DNA from: the human T2T-CHM13v2.0 reference genome, Homo sapiens
Length of the DNA: 64,000 bases
Assembly: GCF_009914755.1 (NCBI RefSeq)
Contig: NC_060947.1
Reading direction: 5' to 3' (one strand)
Made by a program: the position numbers and the translations under genes. Of this stretch, positions 14,060 through 29,392 are shown piece by piece. The notes under the pieces were generated by a model. The model was not told the origin of the DNA, made no database searches, and worked only from the letters and a program-made list of their open reading frames with translations. Position 1 is the stretch's first letter. Every line of letters starts with the position of its first letter.

Positions 14060-14445
14060 CAGTCTGTTCATGCTGCTATATCAAACTTCCACAGAGCGGA
14101 TAATTTATGAAAACCAGAAATGTATTTCCTATATTTGTAGAGGCTGGGAAGGCCAAGATCAAGACTCCAGAATTAGGCATCTAGCAAGGGTCTTCTTGCT
14201 GTGTCCTCTCATGGCAGAAGGAGCAAAAAATGATAAAAGGGATGAACTCTATGTCGTCACATAGCAGAAAGATGGAAGAGTCAAAGGATTAGTTTCCTCC
14301 AGTGCTTTTTAAAGGTCACTAGTACCAGTGATGACGAATCTACCCTCACGACTTAGTAACATCCTAAAGGCCTCATCTCTTAATACTACTACATTGGCCA
14401 TTAAGTTTCAACAGATACATTTTGGAGGGCATTTAGATAATAGCA
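14060..14445 (-). mobile_element. Old MaLR LTR (MLT1A/MST-like)
   Basis: TCTGTTCATGCTGCTATA..AGAAATGTATTTC..GTGTCCTCTCATGGCAGAAGG..TAAGTTTCAACA. Confidence 0.6.
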
Positions 14446-14449
14446 GATG

Positions 14450-16790
14450 GGCTGAGGGAAAAGATGATTTCTAGAATTGCCACTTAATAATGTTAAACAT
14501 GTCCAGTTTTCAACAAAAGAATATAAATCATATCAGGAAACAAAAAGTATTGCCCATACATGAGAAAGAAGAAATCAACAGAAACTGTCTCAGAGGAAAT
14601 CCGGTCAGTGGATTTACTAAGCAAATATTTTAAATCAACTCTTTGAAATATTAAAGAACATCATTTAGAAAGAAGAAAAGAAAACCAGGAGAATGATGTC
14701 TCATCAAATACATAATACCAATAAGAAAATAGAAATGATATAAAAGGAACAAAATAGAAATTCTGGAATGGAAAAGGATAACAATTGGAATGAAAATTTC
14801 AGTAGAGGGAGTCAATAGCAAATTTGAATAAGAAGTAGAGAGAATCATCAATCTCCAAGAAAGGTCAGTTGAGATTATCTAGTCTGAGAATCTGGAAGAA
14901 AAAAAAAGAATGAAGTAAAATTAACGAAGCTCAGAGTACTTGTGGAAACCATCCAGTGTACCAAAACATACATAAAGGGAGTTCTGGAAAGAGATAAAAA
15001 GGGGAATATGAAGGGATATAAAGAATATTTGAGGAAAGAACAGTCAATATCTTATCAAATATGATGAAATATGTTGATTTACACATCCAATAGATTCCAT
15101 GTAGGGAAAAATCAGAGATATCCCCACCAAGACACTATAAACAAAAGGTAAAAAAGACAAGACAATGAAAACATCCTGAAAGCGGCAAAATAGAAGTTAT
15201 ACTTCACATACACAGGATGATCAATAATATTAACAGCTGATTTCTCAACAGAAAGTATGGAGGCTGTATTAGTCTGTTTTCATTGCTATAAAGGGATATC
15301 AGAGGCTGGGTAATTTATTTAAAAAGATGTTTAATTGGCTGATGGTTCTGCAGACTGGACAAGGATGGTACTGGCATCTGTTTGGCTTCCAGAGAGGCCT
15401 CAGGGACCTTTAGCTCATGGCAGAAGACAAACTGGAAGTAGGCAGGTCATATGGCCAGAAAAGGTGCAAGAGAGGTTTGGGGGAGGCATCACACTTTACA
15501 ACAATGAGATCTCATGAGAACTCACTCACTATTGCAAGGACAGCAGCAAGCCATGAGGGATCCACCCCCATGACCAAAACACCCCCCACCAGGTCCCACA
15601 TTGTACCTCTGGGAATTATAATTCAACATGAGATTTGGTGGGGACATATATTTAAGCTATATCATTCTGCCCCTGGCCCCTCAAATTTTATTTTCTTCTT
15701 ACATTGCAAAATACAATCATAACTTCCCAACAGGCTCCCAAAGTCTTAACTCCTTCCAGCTGATATCAACTCAATTAAAAGTCCCAAATGAAAGTCCAAA
15801 ATCTTATTTGAGACTCATCTCCTTCCTCCTATGAGCTTGCAAAATCAAAACAAGTTATTTACTTCCAAGATATAATGATGGTATAAGCATTGTGTAAGCA
15901 CTCCCATTCCAAAATGGAGAAATCGGCCAAAGGAAAGGGCCTACAGGCCCCATGCAAGTTCAAAACCCAGCAGGGAACTCATTAAATCTTAGAGCTTCAA
16001 AATAGTCTCCTTACACTATATATTGTGCATCCAGGGCACAGTGGTGCAGGGGATGGGCTCCTATGGCCTTTGGCAGCTCCACACCTGTGGCTTTGCAGGA
16101 TTCAGGACCCATGGTTGCTTTCACAGCTTGTTATGTGCCTGTGGCTTTTCCAGGCACAAGGTTCAAGCTGCCTGTGGCTCTACCATTCTGGGGTCTGGAA
16201 GATGGTGTGCCCTTTCCATAGATCAACTAGGTGGTGCCCCAGTGGGAACTCTGTGCATGGGCTCCTATGTCACATCTCCCCTCCGCACTGCCGTGCCACT
16301 GCAGCAGACTTCTGCCTGGACACTCAGGCTTTTCCATTCATCCTCTGAAATCTAAGTGGAGGCTGCCAAGCGTCCTTCAGTCTTGCACTCTGCACACCTG
16401 CATGCTTAATGCCACGTGGAAGTCACCAAGGCTTTGACTTGCACCCTCTGAAGTAGCATCTGGGGCTGTGTCTGGGGTCATCTGAGCTGAGGCTGGAGCT
16501 GGAGCAGCCTGGATGCAGGGAGCAGTGTCCTGAGGCTGCACAGGTTACTGGGGCACAGGTTAGTGAGATTTTGCAGGGACATATATTCAAACTATACCAG
16601 AGGCCTAGAGGTAGGAAGATGACATATTCAATGTGCTGAAAGAAAAATACTGCTGATGAAGAATTCTACATTCCACAATGTATCCTTCAAAGAAATCAAA
16701 AAATAAGTCATCCCAAGATAAACAAATTTCAACAGTGATTCTCACTAGTACACTTGCTCTGCAGGAAATGCTAAAGGGACTTTACTGCTG
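14450..16790 (+). mobile_element. Old L1M ORF1-region fragment, interrupted by an MST element
   Basis: A-rich L1 ORF1-like sequence; ACAGCTGATTTCTCAACAGAAAGTATGGAGGC continues at 16605 as CTAGAGG..GATGACATATTCAATGTGCTGAAAGAAAA. Confidence 0.65.
15265..16599 (-). mobile_element. MSTA-like MaLR: LTR (15265-~15665), partial internal region, and a stub of the second LTR
   Basis: TGTATTAGTCTGTTTT start, MST-int body, GAGATTTTGCAGGGACATATATTCAAACTATACCA end, 5-bp TSD GAGGC (15260-64, 16600-04). Confidence 0.8.
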
Positions 16791-18470
16791 AAAAATAAAC
16801 TGACAAATTAGGAATTTCATAGGGTTCAAACTTAATATATCCATAAACTTCATGTAGAAAAAAAAGTATCAAATACTTAAGTATAATGACTAAATAGTGT
16901 TGCCAATCATGATATTTCTAGAAAGTATGCCATAGGATACCCATTTCATGAAAAATAAAGAGCTGAACTTTTTATGGTACATTTTTCACAAATCCATAAC
17001 CATTAGGAAGCACTCCTTTATACAGGACTTGTACTCTTGGAACAGCAATAGGAATCTCCGAAGAACCAGTACTCCTGGGATCAATTTATGGCTAGATTAG
17101 TTTCGCAAGTCACCTTCTTCATATTTACAAAGGCAATCTTCAAGTTCTTTTTGTTTTTCCTTAACAAATCAAACATAAAAGCAACTTGAAAAAGTACTTT
17201 AGTAGTTCCATGTTGTCTTGTATGTAACTCTGCCATTTTATTTTTCTAATCAAAATGGAAGAAAGCATAACTTGTGCTCTTCTGCTGAATGCAGTGCTTT
17301 GCTCTTTAAAGCTGTGTCTCACATAACTGCTAGTTGACATAAAGCATTCTCTCAACAAAAACCATTTACTCAGAATAAAATACAGACACTCTTTCTTTCT
17401 TTTCCTCTTCTTCTTGTGTGTGTTTTTTTTTTTGAGGGGACATTGTCCATATGTTATTCAAAGTTCCAGGCTCCTTCTCCAAAGTGGATATGTCATATTG
17501 TAGGGTCTGTTCCTCTTCTTGAGACATGGATTGCACACGGTGTGTCCTATAAACTAGGCCTTATTTGGCCATACACCAGTTATTTTCATATTCCAATAGC
17601 CAGAAATCAGTACAAGACCCCATCAAATCACAAGGGTAGCTAAAAAAATATGGTTACTTGTGGACCAAGATGAAAACAAATAAGCTTTGATGAAGTCACT
17701 CTGCCACAGCGAGTTTCTCTAATTGGAAGATTTGAAAAGTACTAGCAAGTTCATTTTGCTACAGACGTAAGCTTGCTCTTCAGTGAGCTGAGTCCCATGT
17801 CTACTAATTGGTTTCAAATTCAGCAGGGAAGACACGGGGATTAGTTATTGAGTCCCCAAAACCGTGAACATAGAGGACTTTTCCAGGTAAATTTTAAAAA
17901 CAGAGTCTTTACTCTGGTGTTTAAGCTTTGATCCTGAAAACATATCTGAAATCACATTCCTTGTCATGTGGAGACATCTCTCCTGCAGAAAGAATTAAGC
18001 TTCCGGGTGCAGCAGACATGGGTGAGCATTTAAAGGGAAGCTGACATCTACCTAGAAGACAGATCCACTAACATATTCCAGTGCCAGAGAAATGCCATGC
18101 TTTGGGCATTTAGAATAGTTCCTACTCTGCCTGGGAGCTCTATACCTTTATCTCCAAAGGAGATGAGCACTCCCTAATTGACACACTCCACCCTCCTGTT
18201 CATGGGAGAATCCTATTGGTCACCCAGACTCACAGCTGTGCATTCGATCCATGCTCATCACCGAGGCTAACCCAGTCCTTGATTCCAATCATGAATGGAC
18301 AAACGTTTTCCAGATATTTAAGGAAAGTGAGGAAGATGCACAAATAGAACTAATTCTGGAGGAGGGAAAAAGAGGATATAATACAGGAAACAGAAAAAAA
18401 CGTTACCAGAACATACTCTCAGAGTTTAAGAAAGACAAGAGGTTTATAAAATGAGAACAAGCTGTCATAG

Positions 18471-19582
<1,112 letters not shown>

Positions 19583-19778
19583 TGCATATCTGCAACACTC
19601 TCACCTTTTAGGAATCAGGGCACATCCCCATGCAGGTTTAAAGTAGGTATCCAGCAGTCTTTCCATTCAGCCCTGCCCCATCTGCATGCAGCTCAGGATC
19701 TGCGGGGGTGGAGGGGAAAGGTATTTTATGGGCCGCTGGAAAATACATTAGTCTTCCCCTTATAAACTTTGAGGGCAT

Positions 19779-19852
19779 GTGGGATTGGATGGGGTGAGGT
19801 GGGGTGGGGTAGGGTGGGGTGAGGTGTGGGGTGGGTGAGGTCGGGTGGGGTG
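19779..19852 (+). repeat. (GGGGT)n G-rich tract, copy 2
   Basis: Paralog of 6469-6538. Confidence 0.75.
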
Positions 19853-19932
19853 TGCAGTCTTGGGCCATGGTATCTGTGGGTGCGTAAACATGGTAAGGTG
19901 TAAAGCATGGTATGGAATTCATCCTAGTGGTT

Positions 19933-20252
<320 letters not shown>

Positions 20253-20277
20253 CTAAGGATTCTTGCTTCTGGGCTTC

Positions 20278-20483
20278 AAGATGGGGGCTCTCGCGGACAG
20301 TATCGCATAGTACCTCTTTGGCAAGCTCACCCTGAGTGACACGGATAATGGGACTGAGCCTTAGGCTGCCTTCCCCACAGATAGGGGGTGATTTCCTGTA
20401 TATTACCCTTACGAATTCTCCATTCATGGTTTTTCCTTCAATTGTACCATTTCTTCCATTAAAGCTGGTTTAAAAAAAAAAAA
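20278..20483 (+). pseudogene. FTH1-like 3' fragment, copy 2
   Basis: AAGATGGGGGC..TACCTCTTTGGCAAGCTCACCCTGAGTGACACGGATAAT.. ending ATTAAAG and an A12 tract. Confidence 0.75.
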
Positions 20484-21675
20484 CAGCTCAAAAGGACTGA
20501 AAAACATAAGGTCAAAACTGAAGGTCAAATTTGTGATATTGAATATAAAGTAGAATAAATGCCCCCAAAATGTCAAGGCAGTGACTGCTTTGAAGAATGT
20601 AGAGGGGTGGCAGAGAGTTGAAGGTGCAGACCAGGTAGAGCCAGTATAGCTGTTCCAGTTAGGAGACTAGTGCAGCTTCAGCTGTGATGGTGGCTGAGGA
20701 AATGAAGAGAGGTCGACCAGTTCCATATGGGTTTTTGACAAGGAGACACAAACTTTGCTCATGGACAGGAGGTGAGGAATGGGAGAGGGGGAATACAATG
20801 TAAGTTCTGAAGTTTGGACTTGAACACCTGGATTGATGATGGTGTTATTATCCCCCTGGGGATGGTTGCATGTGTCCCCGGGGTGGAGGAGCGGGGAATG
20901 TATGCCATGTAAAATCAGATTTTTATTAGACGTCCAAGTGGAAATGTGAATCAAGGAGCTGCAAAAATGTCACATTTGGAAGTAGACATACGGGGGACTT
21001 TTTATAGATGGTATTGAAGTCATGTGATTGGATGAGCTCACCAGAAGGAGACTATAAGGGAGAGTATGAGAAATCTAGTCCAAAGTGCAGGGCAGCTAAC
21101 ATTTAGAAGATGGTTGAGGTGTTTGAACACCCAGAGAGTTGCTGGTCCCACCTTGACCTTTATCTGCCCCAAGTTTATTACCTTATTCCCAATGTCTGCC
21201 CCAAGCTTACCTCAAAATCATCCTGTTCCTGAGAAGCTCAGTGTGGCCTCTGGATTCTCCTTTCAAGATATAGAGAAAAGTTCACCTTTTACATTTTCTT
21301 CATGGCTCTGGATAGAAAGATATTATTTCCTAGTATAAAGAATATTTCATATGGAAATGATACACTTGTTTCTCTATGTTTTCTTTTTTCTTGTTCCCCT
21401 TTAAAAACTCTTCTCCTCTCTCAGTCCACTCTCTATTTGACCGAAGGAAACCTCCATCCATGTAAACTCTAACGTTGCCCATGTCTGAGGAAAAATACTT
21501 CAAACATCTATCTTCTGTGCCACAAAAGAAAGTTACAAAGAAATAAGAAACAAAAAAGTCTTCTTTCTTCTGTGGGTTACAAAGGTAAAAGTCAAAAATT
21601 TACAGACTCTATGCTTTAGTCAAAGACACATGGGTAGCTTGCATCATTTCAAAGCTAGCAAATTGTTTTGAGCAT

Positions 21676-22032
21676 TGTATTAGTCCATTTTTCAGGCTGC
21701 TGATAAAGACATACCAAAGATTGGACAGTTTATAAAAGCAAGAGGTTTATTGAACTTACAGTTCCACATGGCTGGGGAACCCTCACAATCATCGTGGAAG
21801 GTGAAAGTCATGTCTCACATGGCGGCAGACAAGAGAAGAGAAGGAGAGCCAAGGGGTTTCCCCTTATCAAACTATCAGATCTTGTGAGACTCATTCACCA
21901 CCAGTAGGACAGTATGGGAGAAACTGCCCCCATGATTCAATTATCTCCCAATGGGTCCCTTCCACAAAACATGGGAATTATGGGAGTACAATTCAAGATG
22001 AGATTTGGGTGGGGACACAGTCAAACCATATA
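21676..22032 (-). mobile_element. THE1 solo LTR, copy 2
   Basis: Paralog of 8127-8489; AGCAT on both sides. Confidence 0.9.
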
Positions 22033-23529
22033 AGCATTTATTAAGATACGAACAAGTTTCGCTGTGCAACAATTGTCTTCCACATTTCCGTATGAGTGCA
22101 CTGTAACACTTTTCTTAAAAATTAGGATTCTGGCACTTTGAGTTCAGTTTACAGAAAATGCTTTCGCCTTTTTACACATCTTTGTCAAACTTGGTCTTCT
22201 CACTGCATCTCTTTCGCTGCCTACTGTAAGGACTTCTGAATTCTCTGACTTTGTCTCAGCTATTACCTATTGAAATATATATGTCCCTTGACCGTTCTCC
22301 TGTGGATATGAGAAAGAACGAGCAAGCATTAAGTTTTGAGTGTTTCAAACTTTAAGTTGACTGAGGGGACTTCTTAATTTTTTGTTTTGGAGAGAAAATT
22401 TGGTGTAGTGTTTTCTTAACCTCAGATTGCCTGGGTTCAAATCCAATCTTAGCCTCTCATTTTGGGTAAACTTGAGTAATTTGTTCAACTTTTCTGTGCC
22501 TCAGTTTCTCCATATGTAATATAGGGATAATAAAAGCATTAACCCCATTGGGTTGTTGAGATTAAATGAGTTAATATATGTAAATCACTTAGAGTAATGC
22601 CTGGCACAGTGTATGTTTACAATGTGGTACTCATGATTTATCACCATTATCATCCTCTACTCTTTTAACTTTTATTTAGGTTCAAGAGAACAAGTGCAGG
22701 TTTTTATATAGGTAAACTGCTGTCATGGGGGGTTGTTGAATAGATTATTTCATCATCCAGGTACTAAACCGTGTACCCAATAGTTATTTTTTTGTTCCTC
22801 TCCCTCTTCCCACCCTCCACACTCAGGTAGGCCCCAGTGTCTGTTGTTTCCTTCTTTGAGTCCACGTGTTCTCATCATTTAGCTCCCAATTATAAGTGAG
22901 AACATGTGGTATTTGATTTTCTGTCCTTGCATTAGTTTGATAAAAACAATGGGCTGGAAGCCATCATCCTCTACCCTTATGTTTCTTTGTGGTCTTTATG
23001 CTTTGGGAAAATACTTCACTTCTACACGTTGCCACTGGGGGTCTCTCTTGCATGTCTAGTAACCAGTTGCCCTGCATACTGAGAAGGAAAAAACCTTAGA
23101 AGATAGTTTGGTTGTCAGGTGTCTCCAGGACTCAGAAGGGTACATGGCTGTTTTCCTTACCCCCCACACCTCAGTCCCAAGACAGGAGGAAGGTTGTCCT
23201 GTGACAACTTTCCGTGCTATTCCCCGCCCCCGCCCATTCTATCTCAACCAGCTTTCCCTTGAATTCACTCCTAGAACACTGTTCTTGTTCTTCCCAAACC
23301 CAGGTTGCCTGAGTCTCCTGTTTCCATCCTGAACTTCCTCCCACTCTTCAGAGATGGACAAGAGCAACAGGATGAAGTGCTCACCCTGATCCCCACCTTT
23401 GTCTGGATGTTTGGAGCTGAAAAGGAGAGGAATGGCTAGGTGGGCACTGGGGGGAGAATGAGAAAAAGAGAACACATTAGGGCCACTGACAACATAAGTA
23501 AAATCCACATATCATCATGAGCTTTGGCA

Positions 23530-23912
23530 TAGAGGCTCTCAAGCTTTGCTGCACATCCAAATCACCTGCAGAGCTTTTGAAAATCTCAATGTCCAGGCAG
23601 CATCCCAGACCAAATACATAAGCCTCTGGCGCAGGGCCTGGGCATGCCAGGCATTGAAAACCAGCACTAGCATCTGGCTGCTCAAAATATGGTCTGTGGA
23701 CCAGCAGTATCAATCTAAACTGAGAACTTGCTAGCAATGCAAAATTTCAAGCCACACCCCAGGGCTACGGAATGAGCATCTACATTTTAACAAGACTCTC
23801 GGTGATCAATTTGCACACTGGAATTTGAGAAGCACTCTTTAGCACCCTGATTGCCAAATATGGCTGCACCTTGAAATCACCTAGATAACCTGAAAATAAT
23901 ACTAATGCCTGG
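23530..23912. mobile_element. Clustered MER5-type DNA transposon remnants
   Basis: AATCACCTG..GAGCTTT, GGTCTGTGGACCAGCAG, TTTGAGAAGCACT and GGCTGCAC..GAAATCACCT motifs. Confidence 0.6.
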
Positions 23913-23933
23913 ACTTAATCAATGTGCTCAGCT

Positions 23934-24803
23934 ATGGAGAGTGAGAAAAAATAAAAGGAAAAATAGAAAGACAAATAGATGCTAAAGAAAGGTGAAAAGT
24001 TTAGAATATTTGGTAGCTTTAGGTGAATTCAGGGTTGCGGCAAGTTACCATAAACATGGATTGGCAAAGACTTTCTATAAAGAATGAGATAGTAAATGTT
24101 TTAGGCTTTGCAGCTACTGCAAAAGACCTCTGTCTCAACTACAAACTCTCCTGCTGGAGTGAAAAAGTAACGACAAACAGTAGGTAATTGAATGGGGTGG
24201 CTAGGATGTTTGGGGCTGAAAACATTGAACAATGCCTGACTAGCCTTTTTGACAGATTCTTCATAATCACATATTCATCACGGAGGCTGTTTAAATCAAT
24301 GTGCTCAGCTATACCCTCATGTCAGTACTAGACCAAATACGATAAAAACTTACTGTAACATCAACAATTACTGACTCAACAATAATTGATCTCTGTCTCA
24401 CACACACACTAGCTTTTATCTATTTTGTTGTTTATCACAAACTGGTTTGTTGTATAGCATGGGCTGGCAAACTACAGCCAGCAATCCTAATCTGGCCCCC
24501 ACTTTTTTGGTAAATACAGTTTTATTAGAACACAGCCACCGCATTCAATTACCTACTGCTTGTGGCTACTTTTTCACTCCAGCAGGAGAGTTTGTAGTTG
24601 AGACAGAGGTCTTTTGCAGTAGCTGCAAAGCCTAAAACATTTACTATCTCATTCTTTATAGAAAGTCTTTGCCAATCCATGTTTATGGTAACTTGCTGCA
24701 ACCCTGAATTCACCTAAAGCTACCAAATATTCTAAACTTTTCACCTTTCTTTATGCATCTACGTGTCTTTATATTTTTCCTTTTATTTTTTCTCACTCTC
24801 CAT
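23934..24803. repeat. Inverted repeat, arms 23934-24202 and 24534-24803 (~270 bp), spacer 331 bp
   Basis: ATGGAGAGTGAGAAAAAATAAAAGG...GGGGTGGCT is the near-exact reverse complement of AGCCACCGCATTC...TCTCACTCTCCAT. Confidence 0.95.
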
Positions 24804-25088
24804 TAATATTCTAGAATGATTTGGATATTTGTAATATTTTAGACACATAGGGAACACTCACACTTACTAGAATTTCAATTGTTTCCTTTCAGACTAACAT
24901 CTTTGTATATTTCAGCAATTCAACCTCTTGCCTTTGTGTCTTCAGTTTAGCCTGTCTCTTGCTGTGCCTTTTTTTAATTGAGGGACATCAGTCATCCTGC
25001 TTCTGGAAGCATCAGAGTGGAACAATGCCTGACTAGCCTTTTTGACGGATTCTTCATAATCACATATTCATCACAGAGGCTGTTTAAA
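24227..25088 (+). repeat. Direct 69-bp duplication (24227-24295 and 25020-25088)
   Basis: GAACAATGCCTGACTAGCCTTTTTGAC.GATTCTTCATAATCACATATTCATCAC.GAGGCTGTTTAAA occurs twice with 2 mismatches. Confidence 0.95.
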
Positions 25089-26220
25089 GTGTGCTCGTTT
25101 TCAAGTTATTACAATCTATTCCCATCATTTTTCTGTCTGTGAGGCATTTAAATTTTATTAATATGCAAAGCTACTTCCTGGCATGAGGAGAAATAGACTT
25201 CTTCCCTTTTATATCTATTTCAAATTTTGTGTTTTATAATGTTGGTTTTGGTTTATAATCTATTGTAATGATATATTAACTGTACCACATGCACCAAGGA
25301 TATTTATTTTTTTCCCTTGGGATACTTCTCTGTGCATGAGTGTTTTCCTCCCAAATGTTTAATTATTGTATGAAGTATACTGAAAATCAGAAGTTCCAAT
25401 TTGAAACATGTATTCAGAACTATAAATCAAGAAATTGACTTAAGGTAAACATTTTTAGGAAGGGAGCATTCATGCAGTTATTTCTTTTCAGCCAAATAGC
25501 CATTCTTTCCGCAATTTATATTAGGTTCTGTCATGTGTTCCACACGTTATGCTTGACACTAGGAATACAAGGTGACTAGGACACAGATTCTGGTCACAGT
25601 CGGACAGACATACAAATAGATGCCTCCAATATATTTCAGTATGATCTACAAAAGAAATAAACACAAAGTGCTATGCGACTCCAGGAGAGAAACGGGATCT
25701 AATTCTCACCTGAGGAGTCAGGAAACACCTGCTGTGGAGGTGACATTGACTCTTGAAGGATGAATTGGAGTTCCACAGGTGGAGAAGAGAGAAGAGAGTA
25801 CTTTAGTTATGCTTCTTTGCTGCATAGGAGCCAACAGAGAGGGAACAGTTACAAACACAAGGTTGTAAGGGGATCTAGTTGATGAGGTGATGTATTTACT
25901 AGACACAGAAGGAAGGATACATTGTTTTATATTTTAAGGAACTCCATAAAACCCTCCTCTGAAAGGTCATCACTGACTTACTAGTTAACATCAACACTGG
26001 TCTCTTTTCAGCCTTTGCCCTGCTTGATCACTCTGGAGCCATTTAATTGTGTTGGTTAGTCCTTCTTTCCTTGGTTTTCCTGTCCTCTCTTGGTTTGCCA
26101 AATATTTATCTATAGAGAACTACATAGATTTAATAATCCTCTTGGATTCTGCTTTTGGCCTCTTCAACTCTTGCTCTGTGTTTATTTCCCCCTGAGCCTA
26201 GCCACCCCCAGTGGCCAGTT

Positions 26221-26277
26221 TCTCTCTCTCTCTCTCTCTCTGTATGTGTGTGTGTGTGTGTGTGCGTGTGTGTGTGT
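26221..26277. repeat. (CT)n(GT)n compound microsatellite
   Basis: Direct inspection. Confidence 0.95.
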
Positions 26278-28539
26278 TCTAGATGGCTTATCTTGACCAT
26301 GACACTTGAACAGCCACCTATGAAACATCTCCCTCTGGGTGTACCCAGAACACTCATACTCAACAAGTCCCACAATTAATTCATTGTCTTTTTCTCAAAT
26401 ACTCACTAGATTTGCCACACCTTCCCCTACACTCACAAGTAACACATTTTATAGTCACCCTAGATTTATGGTTCTTACTCAGCCTGAATATATGTAATAT
26501 CTCTCCTCTCCATATGCTCTTCTCCCCCTGTATGGGCCTTATCTTTTTCAGGCTATGATGATCTATGATCTAACAATTTTTCTAATCTCTGTACCGGTCA
26601 AAGCTCCCTAACCACAAAATTTGACCCTGGCTAGTCAAAGCAGAAAAGAAATTTTTTAAGAAGGATATACCATAACGAACTTGGAAGGCTGTAGGACCAG
26701 GCTCAGAAATGGGAAGCATCATGCAAAATGGAGCCTTGTCTGCCATCTGTCTTGTCCTATTTTCTCAAACAGGAATGGTGTTCAGATGTTGAGCTGCCCA
26801 AAGTATTAAACATATAATCTAGTTTTTCTAACCCTCTGTTAATAGATGATATTGGTGCTCTTCCCAGATCCACTTGACCAGCAGAATACCCAAATGCTCA
26901 GACACTTGTGAGCACTTCAGCTGATGGCTTATGCCTGTGACCTTCTCGGAAGGAATACCCTTGGCTAACTGGGACAGCCAATGGCTCTGTGACACAGAGG
27001 TACAAAAGCCTGGACCCTTCCTTTTCTCTCTGCTGTGAGATTTATGCTACAGGATCTGCCTTGTGTGAAGACAAGGTTAGACATTGACCAAGATCACTTA
27101 TTTCCTTGACTCCTTCCCCTGCCCTATCTTGCACTACGTGTTTCCTCCAGAGCGCATGCCTTTAATAAATCCCTGCCTCAAGCTCCGCTTCCAAGGAACC
27201 CAACCTAAGACCCACCCTCAAACAGAGTTGATCACCTTCTCCTTTGTCTTACCTCCATTTATACTACATTTCTTGCTAATGGCACTTGCCACTCTGTATG
27301 GCAATTGTTTCTTCATATGCCTGGATCTTTTAATAGGCTGTAGAACACTGGAGTGCAGGAAATGCAGGAATTTTTTCTCTCATTAAGCCCTAGTATATAT
27401 ATAAACAGGAAATTAAAAATAATAAGTTGAACTTAATTGAAAATAAAAGTCAGATCACAGTGGATTAAAGAATGAGTAGAAGTGAGGTAGTGGAACTAGT
27501 TATTATAGTGCAAGGTTATTCTTTCCAATGTCCAAATGTTCCTTGGAATATTATTATTGGCCTACCTGTTTTATCCACCAACTAGATTGTGGATAACTGA
27601 ACAAAAATACATTTTTAGTAATTAGTCTTTACTCAGAAGGATTTTTTACAAGACATAAAGTTCATGCAATCTGGTTAATTTCCCAAATGAGTCACATATA
27701 TTCTTTCTTTCTTTGTTAGCTTTGTTATTACTTACTCAGGAAGGGGTCGCTTTTGAAATTTGTGACTTAGCAATTTCTTCCACTTCAATGTCAAAAATAA
27801 CACTGCATGGCCAAGGCTAGGGATTTCATACATTTCTTTAGCATTTTTGAAGCCTACATTCCTTATCACTCTAGAGACATTATGTAAAATTATTTCATAT
27901 TTGACAAATGATTCCAGTTTGATTATCATTTTGCCTCATCTATAGAAGTCTGTGTGTGGTGGATGTTGGACAGTCTAATAATTTACTGAACATTTGCTGT
28001 ATACAAAATACTATGCTATCAATTGTTGGGGGCTAGCAGGTTGACAAGTAATATAAATAGTCTCTATGCTGAAGAAGATTGAGCTAGCTAGAATTGTGGC
28101 ATAGCTTAGAATAATCTACAGAGGACCTCATCAATCAATTTCAAATTAATTAATAATTGATGCTGAGCCTGTAAGGACCAAGAGGGTACAGCATGAGGGG
28201 ATGATTAGCAAGAACTAGGTCAATAAACAAAAGAAGTTTTCTGGAGAGAAGTTTGCTTAAAATGTGTTGATGAACCTCAATTTAAAAGACACTTTCTTAA
28301 TATTCCTGTCTAGCCAATGCCCTCCTTCTTGTCTCTACCCTAGAATTCCCAAGACATGGACAAGAATTCATAGAATTCTGACTATGCCATAATCAAACAC
28401 TGGAAGGAATTGAGTAGGTGGTGACTAGTCTATATTTTAAGTTGAGAGTCTCACTGGGCTGCCACTTGGTGTGATGCCATTGGCCCAAGTTCTGACCCTC
28501 ATATTTATAAAACCACAGGTTTGACTTTCTCAGTGAACC

Positions 28540-28770
28540 CAAAGGTGAACAGCTTCTCCGTGAGTGATCAGCAGACTTTTTCTATAAAGTATAAATATTT
28601 TACAATCTACAGGCCATATTGTCTTTGTCACAACTATTTAACTCTGCTGTTGTGGTGTGAAAGTAGCCACAGACTATATGTAGATGTGGCTGTGTTCCAA
28701 TAAAACTTTATTTACAAAATTTAAAGGCCGGCCAGATTTAGCCTACAGGCTATAGTTTGCCACTCCCTGT
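28540..28770. mobile_element. MER58A-like element
   Basis: GTGGCTGTGTTCCAATAAAACTTTATTTACAAAA..GGCCAGATTTAGCC..TAGTTTGCC. Confidence 0.75.
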
Positions 28771-28973
28771 TGTAGAAGATTGACTCACACCAACAATATT
28801 TCCAAGTCATTAATCAGTCACCAATAGGACTCATATAAGCAGGACAGATTATTACTGCATCTTTGATCAGAAATTGGCCACTAGAGAAGCTCAACTTCAA
28901 ATCAGAAGTTTGTTTAGTAAGCAACAGGTGAGGCAAATGAATGTTTTGGTTTGTGTTCTTACAGAAGTGACCC

Positions 28974-29392
28974 TGATATGGTTTGGGTATTTGTCCCCTC
29001 CAAATCTCATGTTGAAATGTGATATGCAATGTTAGAGGTGGGGCCTGGTGGAAGTGTTTGGGTCATGGAGGTGGATCCCTCATGAATGGCTTGGGGTCCT
29101 CCCCATGGTAATGAGTGAGTTCTTGCTCTATTAGTTCATGGGAGAGGTGGTTGTTTAAAGGAGCCTCTTACCTTCTCCTCTCTCTCTTGTTCCTTTTCTC
29201 ACCATGTGACATGCCTCCTCCCCCTTTGCAATCTGCCAAAAAGTAGAAGCTTCCGGAGGCCTCAACCGAAACCATGAATATGCTGGCCCCATGTTTGTAC
29301 ACTCTGCAGAGTGATGAGCCAAATAAACCTCTTTGCTTTATAAATTACCCAGTCTCGGGTAGTCCTGTATGGTAACACAAAATGAAGACTCT
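28974..29392 (+). mobile_element. MSTB-like solo LTR
   Basis: TGATATGGTTTGG..CCAAATCTCATGTTGAAATG..GAGCCAAATAAACCTCTTT..AAATTACCCAGTCTC. Confidence 0.85.
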
